Position numbers and translations under genes: made by a program. DNA of 64,000 nucleotides, taken from contig CAXXGI010000003.1 of assembly GCA_963674695.2 (NCBI GenBank), forward strand, positions 320,001 to 384,000. The letters are read 5' to 3'. The DNA comes from a bacterium. GTDB lineage: Bacteria > UBA10199 > 2-02-FULL-44-16 > JAAZCA01. Shown here in pieces: positions 38,410 to 48,004 of this stretch (the first letter of the stretch is position 1; each line of letters opens with the position of its first letter). The notes under the pieces are model-generated. The model searched no databases. It worked only from the letters and a program-made list of their open reading frames with translations, and was not told the DNA's origin.

Positions 38410-38581
38410 ACAGCGCGGTGGTGTTCGACATCACATCACCCTTGAGCAGATTCGTGCGTACCGGAAGCTCCCGCCAGAGATGCGCCTTGCCTGGCTCCAG
38501 GATGCGGTCATTCTCTCTTCAGAGGGATTGACTCCAAGGCGCCGCCGGGTCTGGGAGAAGTTTCGGAAGGGTGAAATATAA
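38399..38581 (+). CDS. Small partner protein of the nucleotidyltransferase
   Basis: TLEQIRAYRKLPPEMRLAWL...WEKFRKGEI; overlaps the upstream stop. Confidence 0.65.
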   Translation: MRNKQRGGVRHHITLEQIRAYRKLPPEMRLAWLQDAVILSSEGLTPRRRRVWEKFRKGEI

Positions 38582-38687
38582 GCGATGCGTGATTGATCGC
38601 GTCGTCCGCTTTTTTGCATTGTCTCTTCCATCTCATCTCCAATTGTGTCAGGTAGTGGCCTTCGTCGCATAAGACAAGGAGGCCTCG

Positions 38688-39542
38688 ATGAGTTCGGTGT
38701 ATCTGAACGGCGTGGGCGGCGCCATTTTTCCCTCCGGCATGAATGTGGTTACGGACGACGGCCTGATGCCGTTGGAGCTGGATTTTGACGTGGCCGAAGG
38801 GGGCGGGATCGCGTTCGATGACGGTTCGGCATTCGCACAGGAGGACCACACATCGCCGCCAACGGTTGCCGACGAGCGCACGAGGGAGGCAATCGCCGGG
38901 TGGAAGCCCTCGAAGAGCTGGAAGGAGATGGATAAAGGCGAGAGGGACCTTGTGATCGAGATCTTTTCTCAGAGCGGCAAATCCGCCTGGGCATCCGCCG
39001 TTGCCAGGGCGACGCGTGCCCTGACTTTTGGGAGGGTTTATGTATACGCGCATCGCCTCAGGTCTGATCCCTCTTGGTGGGTAAGGCATGACAGCGACGA
39101 TGAACGCTTGGCGATCGTCGACCTGGCCCTGCGCGTACATGAAGACGATGAGGATGCGGCCGGGGCCGATATGAAACTGACGGTGAAGACGATGCGCGCA
39201 TATGCCGAGCGCGTCTTTGCCCGGCGCAATGGTGTCGGTGCCGGAATCGATCCGGAAGATCCGACCCGTTCGAGGCCGATGCTTTATTCGGACCACCTGA
39301 TGATGTTGGAGGCGCAGTCGGTTATCGAGTCGAGCCTGCCGCGGTTGCCCCATAAGATGCAGCAAGTCCTTCGATATCGCTATTATGGTTATGGAAATAG
39401 GCCGAGTCCCTTTGATAGCGTGGGCGAGCAGATGGGCGGCATGCCGCCCGAGAATATACGCCAGATCGAGATGGGCGCTTTTCGGCTGTTGCAAAGGAGG
39501 ATGAGGTTTCTCGCTCGATACGAAGGGGAGATCGAACGATAA
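38688..39542 (+). CDS. Hypothetical protein with C-terminal sigma70 region-4 HTH
   Basis: AAGGAGG SD; LPHKMQQVLRYRYYG...FDSVGEQMG.MPPENIRQIEMGAFRLLQ resembles sigma70 region 4. Confidence 0.75.
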   Translation: MSSVYLNGVGGAIFPSGMNVVTDDGLMPLELDFDVAEGGGIAFDDGSAFAQEDHTSPPTVADERTREAIAGWKPSKSWKEMDKGERDLVIEIFSQSGKSAWASAVARATRALTFGRVYVYAHRLRSDPSWWVRHDSDDERLAIVDLALRVHEDDEDAAGADMKLTVKTMRAYAERVFARRNGVGAGIDPEDPTRSRPMLYSDHLMMLEAQSVIESSLPRLPHKMQQVLRYRYYGYGNRPSPFDSVGEQMGGMPPENIRQIEMGAFRLLQRRMRFLARYEGEIER

Positions 39543-39656
39543 GTCCGCTCGGCGATCGGAGACGATGCTTGTCGGAACATCCGCAGGAACAGCAACAAGC
39601 CGGATAAGGCCTTTTCACTGGTCTTTTGCCGTCTGCCGCGCTAGTGTCCAGCCCCC

Positions 39657-42600
39657 ATGCCGCACGCTGATTTTGTCCATCTCCACGTTCATTCCTACTA
39701 CAGCCTCCTGGATGGGGCGCTGCCCATCGGGGTCATGGCCGAGCGTGCCCGCCAGTATCAGATGCCCGCGCTGGCGCTCACGGATCACGGAAGTCTCTTC
39801 GGCGCCGTCGAATTCTATCAGACCGTCCAAAAGGCCGGAATCAAGCCGCTCATCGGGTGCGAGATGTACCTGCCGATTCGGGGCGATCGCCACACGCGCG
39901 ATGCCAGTGGCTCGGGTCGGAACTTTCACCTGACGCTCCTGGTCAAAAATCGGGAGGGTTGGCGCAACCTCTGTCGGCTTGTGAGTTCAAGTTATCTCGA
40001 AGGGTTCTATTATAAGCCACGAATAGATAAGGGAATATTGCGCGAGAACAACAAGGGCCTCATCTGTCTCTCCGGTTGTCTCAAAGGCGAGATCTCGCAG
40101 GCACTCGTCCAGGAGAATATAGATGAGGCGCGGCGTTTGGCCGAGGAGATGGCCTCCATCTTCACGGAGAATCGCTTCTTTCTCGAGATCCAGGACCACG
40201 GGATTCCGGAGCAGCAGCAGGTGCTCTCGGGCATGAAGGAGCTCTCAAAAGAGCTCGGCCTGGGGCTGGTGGCGACCAATGACGTGCACTACCTGGAGCG
40301 GGCCGATGCCCCCGTGCACGACGCGCTCCTGTGTATCCAGACCGCCAAGATGATCAGCGACGAGCGGCGGATGCGGCTCTCCACGGAGGAGTTCTATTTC
40401 AAGAGCCCCGATGAGATGCGCGAGCTCTTTGCCGATTTTCCGGGTGCCATCGAGAACACCGTGGCGATTGCCGAGCGCTTGAACCTCGAGTTCGATTTCA
40501 ACACCTATCACTTTCCGAAATATAAGCCGCCCGATGGGCGCGATCTGGCCAGCTACCTCGCGTCGCATACGCAGGAGGGGTTTGCCCGTCGGTGGAAGAA
40601 GGTCGTCGTGCATCATGGCGACGATGCGACGCTCCGTAAGGTTTACGAGGCGCGCCTCGAAGAGGAGTTGGGCATCATTCAGAATATGGGTTTTGCCGGC
40701 TATTTTCTGATCGTCGCCGATTTTATCGAGTACGCGCGCGCGCAAAATATCCCGGTCGGTCCCGGACGCGGATCGGCAGCCGGGTCGCTCGTGGCCTATT
40801 GTCTTGGCATCACCAACATCGATCCGATCGAGCACGACCTCCTCTTCGAGCGGTTTCTCAACCCCGAGCGCGTGAGCATGCCCGACGTCGACATCGATTT
40901 CTGCATGCGTCGGCGTGACGAGGTGATCGCCTATGTGAACGAGAAGTATGGCAACGTCAGCCAGATCATCACCTTCGGGAAGATGAAGGCGCGCGCGGTC
41001 GTGCGCGATGTGGGGCGTGTGATGGGGCTGGCCTATGGCGATGTCGATCGCATTGCCAAACTCATTCCCGCCACGCTGGGGATGACGCTCGATCAGGCGC
41101 TCAAGATCGAGCCGAAGCTCAGCGAGACGGCCAAGCGCGATCCGCAGGTGGCGCGTCTGCTCGAGGTTGCGCGTAAGCTCGAGGGGTTTCCGCGCCACGC
41201 CTCCACGCACGCCGCGGGCGTGGTGATCGCCGATCAGCCGCTCTCCGATCTCGTGCCGCTCTACAAGGGGAAGGACGACGAGGTCGTCACCCAGTTCGAC
41301 ATGAAGTCAGCTGAAAAGGTGGGGCTGATCAAGTTCGACTTCCTGGGCCTGCGCACGCTCACGGTTATCGACGACTGTCTCAAGATCATCGAGGCCACCG
41401 AAGGCAAGACGATCGATATCGACGACATTCCGCTCGATGATGAACTGGTCTACCAGAAGCTCTCCGAGGGGGATACCGCCGGTATCTTCCAGCTGGAAAG
41501 CTCGGGCATGACCGATCTCGTCATGAAGCTCAAACCAAACGCCTTCCCGGATATCGTGGCGTTGGTGGCGCTGTTTCGCCCGGGTCCACTCGGTTCCGGC
41601 ATGGTCGATGATTTCATCAACCGCAAGCACGGGCGCATCCCCATTCGCTATGAGTTGCCCCAGCTCGAGGAGATGCTGCGCGAGACCTACGGCGTCATCG
41701 TCTATCAGGAACAGGTGATGCGGATCGCCAACGTTTTGGCGAACTACAGTTTGGGCGAAGCCGATCTGTTGCGGCGCGCCATGGGCAAGAAGAAGGCCGA
41801 AGAGATGGCCAAGCAGCGCGAGCGCTTCATCGAGGGTGCGGTCACAAACAAGGTGCCGATGCCGAAGGCGACGCGCATCTTCGAGCTGATGGAGAAGTTC
41901 GCTGAATACGGGTTCAACAAATCCCATTCGGCGGCCTACGCCATGGTCGCCTACCAGACGGCCTACCTCAAGTTTCACCATCGCACGGCGTTCATGGCCT
42001 CCATGCTCACCTCGGAGAAGGACAATACCGATAAGATCCTGACCTACATCAACGATTGCCGTACGCGTGAGATCAAGATCCTCCCGCCGGATGTGAACGA
42101 GAGCCGTCGCGATTTTTCGGTGGTGGGTGACGAAATCATTCGCTTTGGCCTGGCCGCGGTCAAGAACGTCGGCGAGGGGGCCATCGAGAGCATCATCGAG
42201 GCTCGCACGGAGGGGGGGCGGTTTCGCTCGCTCTTCGATTTCTGCGAACGCATCGATGCGCGGCGCGTAAACAAACGCGTGCTCGAGAGTCTCATCAAGT
42301 GCGGCGCCTTCGATTTCACCAACGCGCGACGCGCGCAGCTCATGCAGGTGCTCGATGTCGCCATGGAGATTGCCGCCTCCCGTCAGCGCGATCGGCTGAG
42401 CGGCCAGTCGCGTCTCTTTGATCTCTTGGGCGAGGCGGGTGCGGCGCTGCCCGATCCGCAGCTCCCAGATGTTCCCGAGTGGGAGGAGCGCGTGCGCTTG
42501 GCGTTCGAGAAGGAGTCGCTCGGCTTTTACATCACCGGGCATCCGCTGGCGCAATACGAGGCGTTGCTCAAGCAGTATGCCAGCGTCGATACAGACACGC

Positions 42601-43121
42601 TCGTTGATGTGAATGACAAACAGGAAGTAAAGATCGCGGGTGTGGTCTCCAAGATGCGTGAGATCACCACCAAGCGCGGCGATCGCATGGGGTTTGCCAC
42701 CCTCGAGGACCTGCGCGGGTCGGTGGAGGTGGTCGTCTTCTCCGATGTCTATACGGAGACGCATTTTCTGCTGAAAGGGGAAAAGCCGATCTTCGTCATC
42801 GGCAATGCGGACACCGACGGCGAGACGATCAAGATCATCGCCACGCGCATCATGCCGATCGACGAGGTCAGCCGCCATCTCACCAAGAGCGTGCATTTCT
42901 TTCTGCATCAGCCCGAGATCAATGAGAACCACCTCAAACAGCTCAAGAATGTTCTGTCGCGCTATCCCGGCGAGTGCCCGGGCTACGTTCATCTGGTGAT
43001 TCCCGACAAGACCGAGACGGTGCTCTCGCTGCCCGACGGCATGAGGCTTGCGCCCACGGCGCAACTGGTCATGGCGGTCGACAAGCTCTTCGGCCACAGC
43101 GTGACGCGCTTCATGTCGTGA
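39657..43121 (+). CDS. dnaE: DNA polymerase III alpha subunit
   Basis: FVHLHVHSYYSLLDG, PGRGSAAGS, FERFLNPERVSMPDVDIDF, KFDFLGL, YGFNKSH, OB fold. Confidence 0.98.
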   Translation: MPHADFVHLHVHSYYSLLDGALPIGVMAERARQYQMPALALTDHGSLFGAVEFYQTVQKAGIKPLIGCEMYLPIRGDRHTRDASGSGRNFHLTLLVKNREGWRNLCRLVSSSYLEGFYYKPRIDKGILRENNKGLICLSGCLKGEISQALVQENIDEARRLAEEMASIFTENRFFLEIQDHGIPEQQQVLSGMKELSKELGLGLVATNDVHYLERADAPVHDALLCIQTAKMISDERRMRLSTEEFYFKSPDEMRELFADFPGAIENTVAIAERLNLEFDFNTYHFPKYKPPDGRDLASYLASHTQEGFARRWKKVVVHHGDDATLRKVYEARLEEELGIIQNMGFAGYFLIVADFIEYARAQNIPVGPGRGSAAGSLVAYCLGITNIDPIEHDLLFERFLNPERVSMPDVDIDFCMRRRDEVIAYVNEKYGNVSQIITFGKMKARAVVRDVGRVMGLAYGDVDRIAKLIPATLGMTLDQALKIEPKLSETAKRDPQVARLLEVARKLEGFPRHASTHAAGVVIADQPLSDLVPLYKGKDDEVVTQFDMKSAEKVGLIKFDFLGLRTLTVIDDCLKIIEATEGKTIDIDDIPLDDELVYQKLSEGDTAGIFQLESSGMTDLVMKLKPNAFPDIVALVALFRPGPLGSGMVDDFINRKHGRIPIRYELPQLEEMLRETYGVIVYQEQVMRIANVLANYSLGEADLLRRAMGKKKAEEMAKQRERFIEGAVTNKVPMPKATRIFELMEKFAEYGFNKSHSAAYAMVAYQTAYLKFHHRTAFMASMLTSEKDNTDKILTYINDCRTREIKILPPDVNESRRDFSVVGDEIIRFGLAAVKNVGEGAIESIIEARTEGGRFRSLFDFCERIDARRVNKRVLESLIKCGAFDFTNARRAQLMQVLDVAMEIAASRQRDRLSGQSRLFDLLGEAGAALPDPQLPDVPEWEERVRLAFEKESLGFYITGHPLAQYEALLKQYASVDTDTLVDVNDKQEVKIAGVVSKMREITTKRGDRMGFATLEDLRGSVEVVVFSDVYTETHFLLKGEKPIFVIGNADTDGETIKIIATRIMPIDEVSRHLTKSVHFFLHQPEINENHLKQLKNVLSRYPGECPGYVHLVIPDKTETVLSLPDGMRLAPTAQLVMAVDKLFGHSVTRFMS

Positions 43122-43157
43122 GTGCGATGAACGATGTTCGGAAGAATGAGAGATTCG

Positions 43158-44429
43158 ATGGTAATCGAGCGAGCCGGATTTCAGGATTCAACACAACCGC
43201 AACGGGTCGTCATCGTCGGCATTCGGCTCGGCCGGATGACGCGCTCTCAGATGGAGGCATCGCTTGCGGAACTCGCTCGCCTCATCGATACGGCGGGGGG
43301 GCAGGTGGTCGCCCGGGCTTCGCAGGAAATTCACCGGGTGGATGCCGCGACGTTCATCGGCAAGGGCAAGGTGGAGGAGATCGGGGCGCTGGCCGCTGAG
43401 CATGAAGCCGAGATTATCGTCGTCGATGGCGAACTCTCTCCGGTTCAGAATCGAAACCTCGAAACAAGCACGGGCCTGCTCGTCCTGGATCGCACCGCGG
43501 TTATCCTCGATATCTTTGCGCGACGCGCGCGCACGAGCGAGGGGAAGCTGCAGGTCGAGTTGGCGCAGTATGAGTATTTGTCGACGCGGCTGGTCGGTCG
43601 GGGCAAGACGTTTTCGCAGCAGGCGGGGCATATCGGTACGCGCGGTCCTGGTGAAACGGCCCTGGAATACGATCGACGGCGCATTCGTGAGCGGATCACG
43701 AAGCTCAAACGGAGCTTGAGTCACGTGCAGGCGCATCGCGAGATTCAACGCGCGAAGCGCGAAGCGGTGCCCCTACCGTTTGTCTCGCTCGTGGGCTATA
43801 CGAACGCGGGTAAATCGACGTTGATGAATGCGCTGACCCGTGCCGGTGTCTTTGTCGAGGACAAGCTCTTCGCGACGCTCGATCCCACGGTGCGACGCCT
43901 GCGCCTGCCCTCCGGGCGCGAGGTTTTGCTCGCCGATACGGTGGGGTTCATCCGGCGCTTGCCCCACCAGCTCATCGAGTCGTTCAAGTCGACTTTCGAG
44001 GAGGCGGCACATGCGCATCTGCTCGTGCACCTCATCGACGGCGCCGACGAGGACGCCGCCCAGCATGTCGAGGTGGTGGAGAAGGTCCTGGCTGAGCTCG
44101 GGCTGCACCAGAAGCCACGCCTCGATGTGATCAATAAGGCCGATCTCCCCGGGGCGATCTATCGCGGAGAGGCCGGGGCGATCGCGGTTTCGGCCAAAGG
44201 GGGATCGGGATTGAACGAGCTGCTCGGGCGCGTGGACGAGATCCTCCGCCTCGATTTTCACCGCACGGTCCTCAAACTGCCGCACAGTCGTGGAGAAGTG
44301 CTCTCACAGCTCTATCGCGTGGGATTCGTCATCAATGTTGTCTATGAAGAGACGGGAACACTTGTCGACTGTGAGCTGCACCGGAAGTTCTGGAAGAAGT
44401 ATCGGGAGTACGAGGTTTCTGCGGAGTAG
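43158..44429 (+). CDS. hflX: GTPase HflX
   Basis: ATFIGKGKVEE, QVELAQ, RGPGET, GYTNAGKSTL, LFATLDPT, DTVGFI, NKAD. Confidence 0.96.
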   Translation: MVIERAGFQDSTQPQRVVIVGIRLGRMTRSQMEASLAELARLIDTAGGQVVARASQEIHRVDAATFIGKGKVEEIGALAAEHEAEIIVVDGELSPVQNRNLETSTGLLVLDRTAVILDIFARRARTSEGKLQVELAQYEYLSTRLVGRGKTFSQQAGHIGTRGPGETALEYDRRRIRERITKLKRSLSHVQAHREIQRAKREAVPLPFVSLVGYTNAGKSTLMNALTRAGVFVEDKLFATLDPTVRRLRLPSGREVLLADTVGFIRRLPHQLIESFKSTFEEAAHAHLLVHLIDGADEDAAQHVEVVEKVLAELGLHQKPRLDVINKADLPGAIYRGEAGAIAVSAKGGSGLNELLGRVDEILRLDFHRTVLKLPHSRGEVLSQLYRVGFVINVVYEETGTLVDCELHRKFWKKYREYEVSAE

Positions 44430-44438
44430 GGTCCTGCC

Positions 44439-45200
44439 TTATGCATCCTTCGAACGGCGCCGACGGAGGATCGGCAGGAGTGTCAGGCCGAAGAGGATGA
44501 GCGCGATCGGGTTGGCCGTCGCTGTCGAGGAGAGGCTGCAACCGCCGCCGTCGGCCTGGGGTGTGGGGAGATCGTCATCATCGTCTCCAGCCGATGACAC
44601 GATGGGGATCGCTCCGTCGTCATCATCATCATCGTCGCCTACGATCACATCGTCATCATCATCGTCGCCTACGATAACGTCATCGTCGTCATCATCATCG
44701 CCGGTAGTTGAGCTTAAGTCGGGATTGAAGAGATGCGGGTTGGTGTTCCCGCCGAATACGACGATTTCGTCGGAGCTGCACGTTTCGTCGACATCGGCCT
44801 GCCCGAGCGGAAGCCAGGGGGATTCAAATGTTTCATCGCTGGGTACGTATTTTACGAACAGCATGACGAAATCATGTTCGACGTCGATCTTGTCGCGCTT
44901 ATCGGTCGATATGTTGCATGAGTAGTCGCGGCCTCCGGCCTTGGAACAGGAGATGCCGTCTTTGATCAGGAAGTGTCTCCCCGATTGTGTCAGAATATCG
45001 GCGTGCAGGCTGAAGTCCTCGGCGCCGAGGTCGGCTCCACAGTTATTGCCCTCGCACGAAAACTCGATTGCTATTTCGAGCGTGTCGCTAGCCGGACAGG
45101 TGATGCCGAGCTTGTAGTCCGCCGGATCCTCAGGAAGGCAGCCGGCGATCAGTGTCAGGGCGGCGACGATGCAGAAGATGTGCGCGAAACGATTGTTCAT
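44439..45200 (-). CDS. Lipoprotein with Asp-rich repeats and MYXO-CTERM-like C-terminal sorting signal
   Basis: Lipobox IAGC; (GDDDDDD.VIV) repeats; GGGCSL...TM...RRRR tail. Confidence 0.82.
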   Translation of the reverse strand: MNNRFAHIFCIVAALTLIAGCLPEDPADYKLGITCPASDTLEIAIEFSCEGNNCGADLGAEDFSLHADILTQSGRHFLIKDGISCSKAGGRDYSCNISTDKRDKIDVEHDFVMLFVKYVPSDETFESPWLPLGQADVDETCSSDEIVVFGGNTNPHLFNPDLSSTTGDDDDDDDVIVGDDDDDDVIVGDDDDDDDGAIPIVSSAGDDDDDLPTPQADGGGCSLSSTATANPIALILFGLTLLPILRRRRSKDA

Positions 45201-45221
45201 GGTATTCCTCCTCTATCCCTA

Positions 45222-45250
45222 TTATCGGCAGACGAGACCTGCGGAGTTGA
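45222..45250 (-). promoter_or_regulatory. Putative sigma28-like promoter TCAA-N17-GCCGATAA
   Basis: Perfect GCCGATAA 21 nt upstream of the start. Confidence 0.55.
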
Positions 45251-45311
45251 TTCGATCGGGAAATAACTGTAGACTCCTGTCTTCAGCAAACAAACGATAT
45301 GAGGAGGGGTT

Positions 45312-45713
45312 ATGCGCAAAATCGGGTGGTTTGTGGGAGCGGTTCTGATCGTCAGCGTTTGCGGTGCGGCCGGGCTCTGTGCGGGTGAGAAGGGGGAGGT
45401 ACCGGCTCCGAAAGCGGCGGCTGTACAGGCGGTTCCGTTCGAACCCGCCTGGGCCTGGAAGAAGCTGGGGGCGAACGCGCAGCAGGCGTGGCTGGCGGCG
45501 AAGCAGGCGGGCAATATGGAGCAGCAGATGAACTGCTTCGTGCGGGTCGAAGAGCCCTATGACGATGGCGATCGCTCCTTCCTGATCAGCAAGGAATTTG
45601 TCGTCCGTGCCAACGCGGGTTCGATCGTGCGCGGATATATGAAGGCCTCTGCGGCACCGGCGGTGGCACAGCTCCCCTTCGTGCAGTCGATCAAGCTCTC
45701 CACAAAGGAGTGA
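45312..45713 (+). CDS. Secreted hypothetical protein, C-terminus resembling a subtilisin propeptide (I9-like)
   Basis: Signal peptide; GSIVRG......PAVAQLPFVQSIKLS; GAGGAGG SD. Confidence 0.65.
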   Translation: MRKIGWFVGAVLIVSVCGAAGLCAGEKGEVPAPKAAAVQAVPFEPAWAWKKLGANAQQAWLAAKQAGNMEQQMNCFVRVEEPYDDGDRSFLISKEFVVRANAGSIVRGYMKASAAPAVAQLPFVQSIKLSTKE

Positions 45714-45818
45714 GAAGGCGCGGACGCCATTCTCGATAAGACTGTCTGTTGACGGAAGGGGTTACATCTGACAGGTCTGACCGCCGCAGCGATGTTCCTG
45801 CGCAGGGAGGGAGCACCT

Positions 45819-46199
45819 ATGGCGGTCGACAAAATGGATGGATTGATGGGGCTCAAGGAGAGCCGTCCCACGTCATTCGAGGCGATTCAGGCACAGGATC
45901 GTTGTGGCCGGTACGATGAAGGCCAGCAGGTCTGCCGGATCGAAGATCACTTCACGGCTGAGGCGATCTGCAGCGAGGCGCTCGGCCGGATCATCTGCGG
46001 CGTCCGGGGCTCTTCGAGCGTCGTTCAAAAAAACGAAAACGAATCGTCGCTCTTGGAAAAGATCGGAATGGGGCTGATAACCATCGGCTTGTTTATTGTG
46101 ATCGGGCGATTCTTCATGACGGCCTGCACAGAGGCAGGAACGAACGGCATCTTCCCCGGATATCTCGATCCCCTCGGCCGAATTCCGAAACGAACATAG
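45819..46199 (+). CDS. Hypothetical protein with one TM segment
   Basis: GGAGG SD; Cys-containing N-region; hydrophobic IGMGLITIGLFIVIG. Confidence 0.6.
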   Translation: MAVDKMDGLMGLKESRPTSFEAIQAQDRCGRYDEGQQVCRIEDHFTAEAICSEALGRIICGVRGSSSVVQKNENESSLLEKIGMGLITIGLFIVIGRFFMTACTEAGTNGIFPGYLDPLGRIPKRT

Positions 46200-46206
46200 A
46201 AAATGT

Positions 46207-47040
46207 TTATGGAATCTTTGCGGCCAGAACGACGCGCCATGTGGTTCCCTGCACATCGATGGTGTTCCATCGCGCGCGGTGTTCCGTGGAGAAGCCGTGT
46301 GTGGCTGCGGTGCCCAGAGTCTGGTAGGTCCCGGTTCCGGAGTGATTCTTGACGATCCGCTTGCTCAGGGCGAGAAGATCGGTCATTTTCTGAAAGTAGG
46401 GGTCGGTCAGGAGGTTGCGACCGATGAGTTTCTTGTCACGGCCGTAGATGAGTTTTCCATCTTCCTGAATAATCCAACAAATGTAGAGCGTTCCCGATAG
46501 CTGTGGTCTGACGATCTGCTTGATATAACGCTCGGGTTTGAGCAAGAGGCTGACAGCGCCGATCCAGTTCTGTTTTGCATCGAAGATGGGCCACTGGTAG
46601 GCGATGGCGGGCATGCCCTCCTTGGCGAAGAAGACATGGCTCATCACCGGTTTTTTTGTCGCTTGAAGCCGTTGGAAGTGTTTCTGTCCGCCGATGTTGT
46701 GTCCCACCTCGCGTTTCCAGCTGATCGGTTCGACCGAGACCATGATTCCGTCGGCATCGATGAAGGCGCAATCGATGGCGAACTCCTTGTGGTTCGAACA
46801 GAGCTGGCTCAGTAGCCCTTTGGCTTCTTTTCCGGTGAGTCCCGTCTCTGAGGCGGCCAAAGCCGTGCGCTCGAGGTCCTCGCCCGTGGCATCGAATCCT
46901 CCCTGGAGGGCGGCGATGAGGACGGCGAGTTTCGCGGTATCGCGTTCTGTTTGAGTCGGCTTTCTCTTCGCCTGTGCAAGCGAAGGCAGCATCAACAGCA
47001 GTGCCAATGTGACGATGAGGGAGATGGCGGTTCGATGCAT
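46207..47040 (-). CDS. Stand-alone periplasmic Cache (dCache-like) domain protein
   Basis: Signal peptide; IDADG...KPVMSHVF..EG..AI..PIFD..IGAVS...WRVVL; no TM2 or output domain. Confidence 0.8.
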   Translation of the reverse strand: MHRTAISLIVTLALLLMLPSLAQAKRKPTQTERDTAKLAVLIAALQGGFDATGEDLERTALAASETGLTGKEAKGLLSQLCSNHKEFAIDCAFIDADGIMVSVEPISWKREVGHNIGGQKHFQRLQATKKPVMSHVFFAKEGMPAIAYQWPIFDAKQNWIGAVSLLLKPERYIKQIVRPQLSGTLYICWIIQEDGKLIYGRDKKLIGRNLLTDPYFQKMTDLLALSKRIVKNHSGTGTYQTLGTAATHGFSTEHRARWNTIDVQGTTWRVVLAAKIP

Positions 47041-47053
47041 ATAAGACGTTCCT

Positions 47054-47890
47054 TTAGGAGCCCTTCGGGTTGTCATAGATCAACACGATACGCCAGTCGG
47101 TTCCGTGCAGGGTCGCTGTTGCCCAGAAACAGCGTTTGTTGACGACCTTTCCCGTGGTGGTGGAGGTAAAGGTGTAGGTTCCGTCACCAGCAGCATCTTT
47201 CGAAATCTGTTTTCCGATTGTCTGCAGATCCTTGAAGGGCTGATAGAGGGGATCGGTGAAAAGGTTGCGGCCGATCTCCTCGTCGTTGGGGTCGAAGAGG
47301 ATGAGCCCGCCGGTCTCCATGACCCACGCGTCGAGGGTGGAGGGATCGGTGTCGCCATAGATGAACTTCTTGATCAGCGGTGCCGGCTGGAAAAGCGCCC
47401 CGACCGAACCGATGAAGACGCCCTTCTGATCGTAGACCGGCCAGGCCAGATCGACGATAGGATTGCCTTCCTCCGTGCGCAGGATGTCGTTGAGAAACGG
47501 CTTATGATCGCGCAGCATCTGCAACATCATCGGTTGGGCCGAGAGATCCGCGCCTTCCCGATCGGCATACTGTTCCGGCACGATCGTGACCAACGTACCA
47601 TTCGCATCGATCGCTCCACAGGCGACGGCGACATCGGCATTCTTGCAGAGATCGGCAAGGATGGCGCGTGCCTCCGGACCGGAGAGTCCGGTGGTGGAGA
47701 GTTTTTCCGAAACCCCGGCGACAATTTGGTCGGCGGTGTTGAGCATGTTCTGTACCGATGCTCGCACGGCTTCGAGTTTTTGTTCAGCGGCTTTGACGTC
47801 GATGCCGGCGGGGACCTTCCGGGTGCAACCGAAGATTCCGGCGGCGAGGATGACGGCGGCAAACAGGGCCAGTGGGCGTGCGCTTCTCAT
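47054..47890 (-). CDS. Stand-alone Cache domain lipoprotein (paralog of 46207..47040)
   Basis: Lipobox IFGC; the same motifs, IGRNLFTDPLY, GTDWRIVL. Confidence 0.8.
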   Translation of the reverse strand: MRSARPLALFAAVILAAGIFGCTRKVPAGIDVKAAEQKLEAVRASVQNMLNTADQIVAGVSEKLSTTGLSGPEARAILADLCKNADVAVACGAIDANGTLVTIVPEQYADREGADLSAQPMMLQMLRDHKPFLNDILRTEEGNPIVDLAWPVYDQKGVFIGSVGALFQPAPLIKKFIYGDTDPSTLDAWVMETGGLILFDPNDEEIGRNLFTDPLYQPFKDLQTIGKQISKDAAGDGTYTFTSTTTGKVVNKRCFWATATLHGTDWRIVLIYDNPKGS

Positions 47891-48004
47891 GACAGCTCCT
47901 TTCCGAATTGAAGTGGGGAGAGAATAGACGATTTTCTGGAAAAGACAACCGTTCAGAGTGAGTTCATTGAAGTTGACGCACGAGATGGGGGAGACGGGCT
48001 GACA

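Noticed and set aside
38640-38675. Sigma28-like promoter for the sigma-r4 orphan (and CTCGATAA at 45732 for 45819)
   Set aside because: Only a partial -10 match and no CAAC-type -35 at the proper spacing; not counted in the regulon
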